From Auanema rhodensis (lineage: Eukaryota; Animalia; Nematoda), in NCBI GenBank assembly GCA_964057225.1, contig OZ059900.1, positions 9,548,001 to 9,612,000 on the forward strand: a stretch of 64,000 nucleotides of DNA, read 5' to 3'. The position numbers and the translations under genes are program-made. The first letter of the stretch is position 1. Each line of letters opens with the position of its first letter. The notes under the pieces are model-generated. The model made no database searches. It was given only the letters and a program-made list of their open reading frames with translations, and was not told where the DNA came from. This document shows positions 40,653 through 50,758 of this stretch, piece by piece.

Positions 40653-40896
40653 GAAACTAGCATTTGTTTTTGTATTTTCTGAGCATAATAAGAATAAACA
40701 TTTTTATAGTATTCAAGTATTTTAATGAGTGAAAAGTTGTTACAAATTAAACAAAATATGAGAATAGGAAATAAAATTTCTAAATAACTATATGAATTAC
40801 CGATATATGGAAACTTACTTCAACTTTAACTGGAAACAAAACATATAGGAATGTTCTATGAGTATAAACCAACAACTAGCATATATTTCAAGAAAA
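40138..40896 (+). repeat. Near-identical direct copy of 44675-45433 (3' two-thirds of paralog gene plus 3' flank)
   Basis: Constant offset of 4537 bp (intron 1 donor 40191 vs 44728; stop 40652 vs 45189); introns and 3' flank match with only scattered substitutions. Confidence 0.9.
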
Positions 40897-41051
40897 TTAT
40901 AAAGATTGATCGTTTCGATAGACATACCGCGGTTTTAGTATATCATCAGAACAACAACAAAAAACAAGGTTTTGAATTCAAAACTATATTTATTAATGAG
41001 TTATTTTAGATTTATCATTACAAAAAGCATTAATAATGTTCAAAATATTTT

Positions 41052-41689
41052 TCAAAAAAATATGGTAATGAATGTGATGTAAAGTAATTGAGAACACCAT
41101 GTTTTTTTCAGAGGATGCTGAATATTGTCAAAAACATGTATGAGTTCATGAATTAACACATGTAAGAAATCAGGGAACTTATGAACAATGAAGGAGCAAG
41201 AATAATTCTTCCTAGTCTCAAAAAAAGCAGAGCTATACATAGTAATGGAAGCAGAATTGTCAAGAAAAATTGTGTTGGCTAAAGTAGTAGGAGACACATT
41301 CCCTTGAGAAGCGAACCGTAATTTGACTGTGCCATTAAAAGTAAAAATAGTGTCGTTGAAAAAATACGAGTCCAGAAGCTTTGCTAATGTTCTTAAGTTC
41401 TGCCAATCAGAAATTGATTCTGGCATAAAACTCTCAAGTTCATTCATGAAACTGTCCAATTTTCTCAATGGTGAAGGATAGGGATAATTTTGAAAATTGG
41501 ACACATCAAACTTTTCTACACTGGTCTGAAATCCAAAATAAAAAAGAGTTTAACTATATAACTTAACTTCTTTCATATATTGATCACGTCTGATTTTAGT
41601 TTTTTTCGTAACTTGGAATGGTTTTTTGATTACTTCGAAATATTCAATTCTGTTGAGAATTTTATTTTGAATTTTCAAAAAAAGATCAT
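41052..41689 (-). pseudogene. SprT-like HExxH zinc metalloprotease gene, partial and possibly frameshifted
   Basis: Exon 41689-41568 splices in frame (42-nt intron) to 41525-41052: ...TLAKLLDSYFFN...VKLRF...LANT...ITMYSSAFF...FLHVLIHELIH. This layout resembles SprT-family proteases. Start codon not identified; the expected downstream HG appears only in another frame after an A7 run. Confidence 0.5.
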
Positions 41690-42449
41690 CTAGAATGATT
41701 CATAAGAATATGGTATAATGAGAAATGTGAAAAAAATAGTTCAATACAAAAAAAAAACAAAAAAAAAACATTTATCTTACTTTTTCTATAAATACAGCCG
41801 GTTACTTGCGTTGAAAGTAAAAAAATGATTTTAATGCACCAACGTGAACTTTTCACGTAAAACGCGCAAACACCAGTCAGACCCATTTTGTTAACTTACA
41901 TACAACTAATTAATTAGCTGCCATAGAAAATAAATAAAATATAATTTTCTCAATAGATTTTTCCGCTTTTTTTAATTTTAACAATTTTAGACAACTTCCT
42001 CATTTTTTAATGTTATCATAATTTAGTATAAAGCGCTCAATCCCAGATCGGTGTAGAGTATCAGGCAATCCCAATTCCGTGTAGATCATCAGGATACTAC
42101 TCTCGGCATATAAGATACCTTTTCTTTCACTAAGAACCAATAAAACAAACAAAATAAAGTATATAAAATTTATTTACAAACATTTTACAAATACATAAAT
42201 TTACCAAAACTATATATTATCATAGTTCAGAGAAATCTTTGAATCGATTCCCTGAATGGCTTTGCGAATAGCCGTGACATTATTTTTCTTCTTTTCGGCT
42301 GCTTTCTTCTTTTTCTGGCGGTTGAGTTGGCACTCTTTATAAATAAAAAAAAATATATATATAAGAGTCACTCTTTATAAATATAAACTTTTAACTTACA
42401 TACCACATTTCTATTATTTTTTTCAGATATGCGTAACGATTAGCAAACC

Positions 42450-42575
42450 AAAGTAGATTCTTTTGAACATAGTTCTGAACTGTATGAATATCAATTTGCT
42501 TATAACTAGTGGCCAATAGTTGTAAGCAAATTAATATACATACAGTACAGAACTATGTTCACCAGAATCTACTTT
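42450..42575. repeat. 126-bp loopless imperfect palindrome
   Basis: Left arm AAAGTAGATTCTTTTGAACATAGTTCTGAACTGTATG... pairs with right arm ...CATACAGTACAGAACTATGTTCACCAGAATCTACTTT around the centre TGG|CCA (42512/42513); 7 mismatches in 63 pairs by manual count. Confidence 0.9.
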
Positions 42576-42579
42576 TCAG

Positions 42580-43865
42580 ACCATTGATATGCCAAACAAT
42601 TTGCGAACCAAAATAAGATCGGGTGAAGCAAGACCAATGAGTTTGCAAGACTTGAAAAAAGGTAATTATACCACTAATCGATTAAAATAAACTGAACAAA
42701 TCAGGTGCTTTTGCAAAATCAGACATATTATCTGGCACAGTTATAACAGCCTATTACGGCTCATTTTCGGACACATCAACCTGGTAAGAGTTATCATTGC
42801 ATAAAGTTTTACTTCTATATTGTTTCAGTGTGAATATGAATTGTTGCTTTGTGGACAGCCTATTAGGTGATTCTTACAAAATAGTTTTGAATAAGAACCA
42901 GTTTTTATACGGACATGTTGCACTCGAGTTAAAAACTAAACAAAACGGTTTTTTTTGCTGGTGCTTACCTGAATCACAGTAAGATTCATTACAACTGTAA
43001 AGTGAGCAGATCCGAATTTGAACATATTACCGGCAATGGTATATTAATTATCAGTTTATAAAAGTATACTTTTACTTCAGATTTCATTCAAAAACCGCTA
43101 TTCATTAAAGCCATCCGAGACATCAAAAATGACGATAAATCATTTTGGAGTGACGGTGATGGTCTGCCAACATCCATTAATTTGGAGTACATCTCGTACT
43201 ACAATGTGTGTCCATGTGAGCGATTTAAAGGTCGGAAACCATAAACAATGATATTCATAAATGAATATTCAGGCCGATGCTCTTGTAGTGAGTGCCAAAC
43301 TCACCTTATTCATGGAAGAGATAGTATGGAAACAGCCCTTTTTTTATATAAGAACTACTCAGTCAAGGTTGGAGAATAATTTAAAGTTTAACTTATTGAT
43401 TAATAGGCAAGTAGCTACGGCTTACAAGCCTTACGATTGCTGATAGAACACCAAAATGAAACAATTGTCAAAGTAAATGAGAAGGCAGGCTCGAAAACAT
43501 CGAAATAACTTTGAAATTGTTCATTTTAGAATGTTGAAACTTTGGCTACCTTCTGGAACAGTAATACCCATGACGATTTTGATTTTTATAAGCCCTTCGT
43601 AGGAAAGATCAGAGGGCAAGCAACTGACGAAATTCTCCGCTCATTGGAGACATGTTTGAGAGCCTACAGAGAAAACCCAAATGTGTGTTCGATATATATA
43701 AGATAGTCATGATATAATTTATAGAAGTTATGGGAAATCATTAGTCCATGGCTGAACAACTGCATTCTTGTAGTTCAAGATTGGGATAGGAGCTATGAAT
43801 GCTATATCACCAGGAACATTGGAAATTGTCCTCTCCAATGTCTTCAAATAGATATACATATATAA
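42580..43865 (+). pseudogene. Divergent SET-domain (lysine methyltransferase-like) gene, frameshifted/degenerate
   Basis: Spliced exons give ordered SET motifs: GAFAKSDILSGTVITAYYG, GAYLNHSKIHYNC, LFIKAIRDIKNDDKSFWSDG, then Cys cluster CPCERFKGRCSCSEC and a spliced C-terminal region ending IDIHI* at 43865, AATAAA near 43906. A T8 run at 42949-42956 shifts the frame just before NHS; start not identified. Confidence 0.68.
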
Positions 43866-44351
43866 TGGTGATGTTTATCTTCTCTGTAAGAAGTAAAGCT
43901 GTTGAATAAATCATTGTTGATGTAACAAATCTGTTCTTGTATATGATAAGGCGAAGGATGACTATTATATAGAGTAGGGCGTCAATGACAAGGTGTAGGA
44001 AAATCGATACACCATATCCAAAGTGCTATCTGGAGATGTAACTTATGAATGACTTTTTAATTCTGTCGATGTAACTAATACGTTACAAAATAATAAAATT
44101 CCTCATCAACATAAACATTCAAAAAACAAAATTTGATCCTCTGTGTTAGAAGCGTTTATGAAGCGAGAGCTTCGTTTATTCAGTATTCACCCAATTGACT
44201 TGAAACATGGTGAAAAGAAAAAAGTGATATCACATTAATTCAAAATTAACGTATTAGTCACTAATTGATTTGATTGATTCAGTTAGCGCTGTATGCTCAA
44301 GTTAGAGATTAAGCCATACATGTATAAAGTTCATCATTTTGAGAAACTGCG

Positions 44352-46731
44352 TCGATGAGTATCAAAATATGAAATAGATTTGAATCGTTCAATGATCCCC
44401 ATGAGTAAGTTGTGACGCAATTTTATTAAATTATTCACTGAAATCATTTGTATAAAAGCCGCACGTCTCGAGGAAGGAATCACATCGCCCTCAACAATGT
44501 TCAAAGTTCTCATTCTTGGTGCCATCGCTGGCCTCGCTATTGCTGAATATGGAGTTCCAGCTGCTGATCCAGCTCCAGCTTATGAACCAGCTGCTGATAC
44601 CGTTTCTGCTCCCGCATATGGAGTTGCTTCTGATCCAGTACCAACCTCCGGATATGCTGCAGTTCAACCAGCCACAGTTTACTACCAACCACAAATTCTT
44701 CCAGTTCTGCCAGCTCGCCACGATCTTGTAATAATATTTTTAAGTAGTATCATGTTTACGTATCATTTCCAGCTCTTCCCACGTCGCCACCATCACCATC
44801 ACTCTAGCTCTAGCTCTGAAGAGCACAGACATAGATCTTGCCGCAAACCAACCATCACTTGCAAAAATAGTAATTGCAAAAATTTGGAAGCCAACCGGTA
44901 CAATGTTTCTTCAAATCAGCAACACAATTTTGAAAATTTTACAGCAACGGAAATGATGAAGTTACCTTCAAATGCGAATGCCAATATTCAAGCTGTAATG
45001 GACTAATTCTTGTTAGTGGAGACAACCAATACCTCGGTTCCACCACTTATAATTCTATCACCTACACAGCTACCTGTGGAAGACACGGGTAATCATCATC
45101 ATTCCAAGTTTCATAAAATAAATTGAAATTTCAGAAAATGGCGCAAGGACGGAAAATCTTTCAAGAATGTCCAGTGCATCGTTTTGTAAGAAACTAGCAT
45201 TTTTTTTTGTATTTTCTGAGCATAATAAGAATAAACATTTTTATAGTATTCAAGTATTTTAATGAGTGAAAAGTTGTTACAAATTAAACAAAATATGAGA
45301 ATAGGAAATGAAATTTCTAAATAACTATATGAATTACCGATATATGGAAACTTACTTCAACTTTAACTGGAAACAAAACATATAGGAATGTTCTATGAGT
45401 ATAAACCAACAACTAACATATATTTCAAGAAAAAGATATAAAGAGAAATATAGTTTTCACATGATATTTAGAGAATATTTGTCTTTTTCTTTCAATTTTT
45501 TATCTTTTTATAACTATAATTATTTTTTATTTTTAAATACAAAGTATGAATATTTTTATGAAATTTGAAAAAAAAAGTTTGTTTGCAATGAGAAAGGAAT
45601 AATTCAAATGAAAATTTACAAATAAAGTTGTTTATTGATTGAAGAACAAAGTGTGATCATACTATATTCATTGGAAAAATACAAAATTATTTCGAACAAA
45701 TCTCAGATATATAATAGAATTGGGTTTATTGTCTGTTTTTTATTTATACTTTGATCACTGTTTTTCGATTCTTCGATTAAAATATCGAATACATTATTTT
45801 CATTTTCAAAAGGCGATATAGTATTTATACTAAGTTTAATATAAGTTCTACCTGCTTAACTCAATTTACTATAAGGTATTAAAAATTAATTTTGGAAGAA
45901 AATAGAGAATATAGTGAAAAGTCAAAATCAAAAGATTATCGAAAGATACATAAAAAGTTATATGAAGCGCTAAATTCGAATATTATCTTTGCTGGAAACA
46001 TTAGTTTACTATTTTTTATCTGATCAGGCTAATCAGTTAATTATAAACACATTTTTGTGTTTTTCCAACATGAAATGCAACTCTCACAAAAAATAATACT
46101 ACTGTAATACTAGAGTAGAGCATTTAATAACTTAATTTGATACATATTAGTATTTTTGTTTTGCCTGGTGGTACACATTTGAAAACTACTTTTCAGGTTT
46201 GCCTATTTCATTTCTTTTTAGTACAGCTCAATGATATACATCTGTACATACTTAGTTCAAGGGGAGCAAGTTGCTACCAATCCTAGTAATCATGATCCGG
46301 CCCTGAACTGAAAGTTAAGTTTAGCTCGCAGGGCACGGATACAAGATACGGATGTTATCTAATCAATAGATAATAATATAAATATTTATAAAAGTAAAAA
46401 TCACAAATCAAACATTTATATTGCAAAATTGAAACAACAGAATAGCGTAGATCAATTATCTTATCCTGATATATACGACTTTGTTTATACTAGGAGAACT
46501 GTTAAAAAATTTGGTTTCTTGCTTTATTGGTAGAATAAATAAACTTTATTTGAATTCAAAATTACTTCTATTTTTTTCGACTGTATCATTGTTCTCGAAT
46601 ATATTTGATAAAAAATCAACACATTTACGATAACATGTTACAGAAGAGATTTGTTCTAGAATAAGTTGAAGTTGGAAATTGAAAATCAATAATCAATAGC
46701 GTTAAATAGTTTATTTCAGATTAAATTTTTA
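44352..46731 (+). repeat. Left arm of 6.1-kb inverted duplication
   Basis: Reverse complement of 48052-50442; 44352 pairs with 50442 and ATG 44497 with ATG 50297 (same coordinate sum 94794); inner ends TTAAATTTTTA / TAAAAATTTAA. Confidence 0.93.
44497..45189 (+). CDS. Small secreted His-tract 8-Cys-domain protein (paralog B)
   Basis: Same 4-exon structure as paralog A; N-terminus MFKVLILGAIAGLAIAEYGVPAADPAPAYEPAAD...; same C-terminal domain; TATAAAA at ~44451. Confidence 0.88.
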
Positions 46732-46772
46732 TTGGGTTTATTGTCTGTTTTTCATTTATACTTTGATGCTTC

Positions 46773-46870
46773 GAATACAATAATCAGAAAACTCTCACCT
46801 ACACCGCTACCTGCGGAAGACATGGCTAATCATCATCATTCCAATTTTCACAAAAATTAATTGAAATTTC
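46773..46870 (+). pseudogene. Fragment of a further paralog (end of exon 3 plus intron 3)
   Basis: Encodes EYNNQKTLTYTATCGRHG followed by CTAATCATCATCATTCCAA..., the intron-3 sequence of paralog B with donor GT changed to CT and the acceptor truncated. Confidence 0.75.
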
Positions 46871-47260
46871 TTTCTTTGAAATTTTTTAATTAGAATTTTG
46901 AAAAAATACAAAATTATTTCGAACAAATCTCAGATATATAATAGAATTGGGTTTATTGTCTGTTTTTTATTTATACTTTGATCACTTTTTTCGATTCTTC
47001 GATTAAAATATCGAAATGTTTGGAAAATTTTAAGAAAACATTTTCTTCAACGATCGAAAATGTTTAATTTTTGTTATGATATTCATTCAACGTTGCATTA
47101 AAAATATTAATATATTACTGCGTCATCTATCGGAGAAACAGATGTCAGAGAAGCCGATAGATACAAGTTTGAATATCATGACACATGGAGCTTTCTCCCA
47201 TTGGGTACAGCGTATATAAAGCAAGTAAAATCTTCTTAGGACACCACATCGTTTTCAACA

Positions 47261-47955
47261 ATGTTCAAGGTTCTCCTTCTTGGTGCCATCACTGGCCTCG
47301 CTGTCGCCGGATACGTAGCTCCAGCTGCTGATCCAACTCCAGCTTATCAACCAGCTGCTGATACCGCTACTGCACCAGCGTACGGAGTTGCAGCCAATCC
47401 ACCTACAACAGGATATGTTCCAGCTAACCCAGTTCCAGTTTACTATCAACCACAAGTTTTCCCTGTACTTTTCTTGAGCCATACAATCATTCATATTTAT
47501 AACCCAGTAAACAAGAAAAAAGATTTCAGGTTTTCCCCCGTCGTCATCACCATCATCATTCCAGCTCTAACTCTCACGAAACACACGTAAAGTGGTGCCG
47601 TGCTCCTAAGCAATTGTGCAAAAATGATTCGAACTGTGAAAAATTTGACTTGAACAAGTAAGTAAAATATTAGTTTAGCTCGGTCAAATTATAAATTTTA
47701 GTTACAACTGGGGAGATGACGATATCGAAATTTCGTGCACATGTTCCAATTGCGCTCAACTACTTCTTCTCAACGAAAACGACGTAATTCTTAGCAGTAG
47801 CTCTAAAAACATCACCTACACTGCCACTTGCGGAAAACACAGGTATGTTAGCAAAACAGATATACCTGTAATGTCAAATTTGTAGTAAATGGCGCAAGAA
47901 TGGAAATTCTTTCATTGGAGCCAAATGCTTGAAATTCAGAAATATTCCAGTATAG
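47261..47955 (+). CDS. Small secreted His-tract 8-Cys-domain protein (divergent paralog C)
   Basis: Exons 47261-47464, 47530-47657, 47702-47842, 47886-47955: MFKVLLLGAITGLAVA...VFPRRHHHHHSSSNSHETHVKWCRAPKQLCKNDSNC...ISCTCSNCAQLLLL...ITYTATCGKHSKWRKNGNSFIGAKCLKFRNIPV*. TATATAAA at 47213-47220; AATAAA right after the stop. Confidence 0.87.
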
Positions 47956-48051
47956 AAATAAATATATTTTTTACACATTTAGCCGTTTATTCAAACATTT
48001 TAAACAAAAACGCATAATTTACAGAGTAATTCAGTTATGACATTTTACAAG

Positions 48052-50442
48052 TAAAAATTTAATCTGAAATAAACTATTTAACGCTATTGATTATTGATTT
48101 TCAATTTCCAACTTCAACTTATTCTAGAACAAATCTCTTCTGTAACATGTTATCGTAAATGTGTTGATTTTTATCAAATATATTCGAGAACAATGATACA
48201 GTCGAAAAAAATAGAAGTAATTTTGAATTCAAATAAAGTTTATTTATTCTACCAATAAAGCAAGAAACCAAATTTTTTAACAGTTCTCCTAGTATAAACA
48301 AAGTCGTATATATCAGGATAAGATAATTGATCTACGCTATTCTGTTGTTTCAATTTTGCAATATAAATGTTTGATTTGTGATTTTTACTTTTATAAATAT
48401 TTATATTATTATCTATTGATTAGATAACATCCGTATCTTGTATCCGTGCCCTGCGAGCTAAACTTAACTTTCAGTTCAGGGCCGGATCATGATTACTAGG
48501 ATTGGTAGCAACTTGCTCCCCTTGCACTAAGTATGTACAGATGTATGTGATTATATCATTGAGCATGCTGTACTAAAAAGAAATGAAATAGGCAAACCTG
48601 AAAAGTAGTTTTCAAATGTGTACCACCAGGCAAAACAAAAATACTAATATGTATCAAATTAAGTTATTAAATGCTCTACTCTAGTATTACAGTAGTATTA
48701 TTTTTTGTGAGAGTTGCATTTCATGTTGGAAAAACACAAAAATGTGTTTATAATTAACTGATTAGCCTGATCAGATAAAAAATAGTAAACTAATGTTTCC
48801 AGCAAAGATAATATTCGAATTTAGCGCTTCATATAACTTTTTATGTATCTTTCGATAATCTTTTGATTTTGACTTTTCACTATATTCTCTATTTTCTTCC
48901 AAAATTAATTTTTAATACCTTATAGTAAATTGAGTTAAGCAGGTACAACTTATATTAAACTTAGTATAAGTACTATATCGCCTTTTGAAAATGAAAATAA
49001 TGTAATCGATATTTTAATCAAAGAATCGAAAAAAAGTGGTCAAAGTATAAATGAAAAACAGGCAATAAACCTAATTCTATTATATATCTGAGATTTGTTC
49101 GAAATAATTTTGTATTTTTCCAATGAAGATAGTATGATCACACTTTGTTCTTCAATCAATAAACAACTTTATTTGTAAATTTTCATTTGAATTATTCCTT
49201 TCTCATTGCAAACAAACTTTTTTTTTCAAATTTCATAAAAATATTCATACTTTGTATTTAAAAATAAAAAATAATTATAGTTATAAAAAGATAAAAAATT
49301 GAAAGAAAAAGACAAATATTCTCTAAATATCATGTGAAAACTATATTTCTCTTTATATCTTTTTCTTGAAATATATGTTAGTTGTTGGTTTATACTCATA
49401 GAACATTCCTATATGTTTTGTTTCCAGTTAAAGTTGAAGTAAGTTTCCATATATCGGTATTTCATATAGTTATTTAGAAATTTCATTTCCTATTCTCATA
49501 TTTTGTTTAATTTGTAACAACTTTTCACTCATTAAAATACTTGAATACTATAAAAATGTTTATTCTTATTATGCTCAGAAAATACAAAAAAAAATGCTAG
49601 TTTCTTACAAAACGATGCACTGGACATTCTTGAAAGATTTTCCGTCCTTGCGCCATTTTCTGAAATTTCAATTTATTTTATGAAACTTGGAATGATGATG
49701 ATTACCCGTGTCTTCCACAGGTAGCTGTGTAGGTGATAGAATTATAAGTGGTGGAACCGAGGTATTGGTTGTCTCCACTAACAAGAATTAGTCCATTACA
49801 GCTTGAATATTGGCATTCGCATTTGAAGGTAACTTCATCATTTCCGTTGCTGTAAAATTTTCAAAATTGTGTTGCTGATTTGAAGAAACATTGTACCGGT
49901 TGGCTTCCAAATTTTTGCAATTACTATTTTTGCAAGTGATGGTTGGTTTGCGGCAAGATCTATGTCTGTGCTCTTCGGAGCTAGAGCTAGAGTGATGGTG
50001 ATGGTGGCGACGTGGGAAGAGCTGGAAATGATACGTAAACATGATACTACTTAAAAATATTATTACAAGATCGTGGCGAGCTGGAAGAACTGGAAGAATT
50101 TGTGGTTGGTAGTAAACTGTGGCTGGTTGAACTGCAGCATATCCGGAGGTTGGTACTGGATCAGAAGCAACTCCATATGCGGGAGCAGAAACGGTATCAG
50201 CAGCTGGTTCATAAGCTGGAGCTGGATCAGCAGCTGGAACTCCATATTCAGCAATAGCGAGGCCAGCGATGGCACCAAGAATGAGAACTTTGAACATTGT
50301 TGAGGGCGATGTGATTCCTTCCTCGAGACGTGCGGCTTTTATACAAATGATTTCAGTGAATAATTTAATAAAATTGCGTCACAACTTACTCATGGGGATC
50401 ATTGAACGATTCAAATCTATTTCATATTTTGATACTCATCGA
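48052..50442 (-). repeat. Right arm of 6.1-kb inverted duplication
   Basis: Reverse complement of 44352-46731 with few substitutions and small indels (e.g. near 48545-48570). Confidence 0.93.
49605..50297 (-). CDS. Small secreted His-tract 8-Cys-domain protein (paralog D, inverted copy of B)
   Basis: 693-bp span equal to paralog B; ORF-track translation 49788..50297 is identical to 44497..45006; same splice sites. Confidence 0.88.
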
Positions 50443-50758
50443 TGACAGATGAAATATTTATTGAAATGTTGTGTTTTTCCTTTTGTTGACCATGTAACAT
50501 TTATTTTTGATTTGTAATCTAAGATAAAAGCGTTTATAAGAAATTATTGCAATTTTCACAGACTGGTTGAAGCTTTGTTCAATTATTTTTTTGTTTATTC
50601 ATATGATATATGCTACTATTCAACTCAGTATTATTGTCAAAAAAAGATTTATTATATGAATAACTAACTATATGTTTTGTTTAAATATTCATTATCATCA
50701 TATTTATGCATATTGATTTGAAAACATATGTTTAAATACAAATATCAACATTTTTTTA

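Noticed and set aside
42225-42335. Minus-strand exon-like piece ECQLNRQKKKKAAEKKKNNVTAIRKAIQGIDSK
   Set aside because: Looks coding but I could not link it to a start or to the SprT-like exons; too short to call.
46255-46355. GC-richer island with a possible GCCCTG...CAGGGC stem inside the palindrome arms (mirror at ~48430-48530)
   Set aside because: No tRNA, snRNA, SL RNA or Helitron-end signature that I can recognise; the second copy is explained by the inverted duplication.
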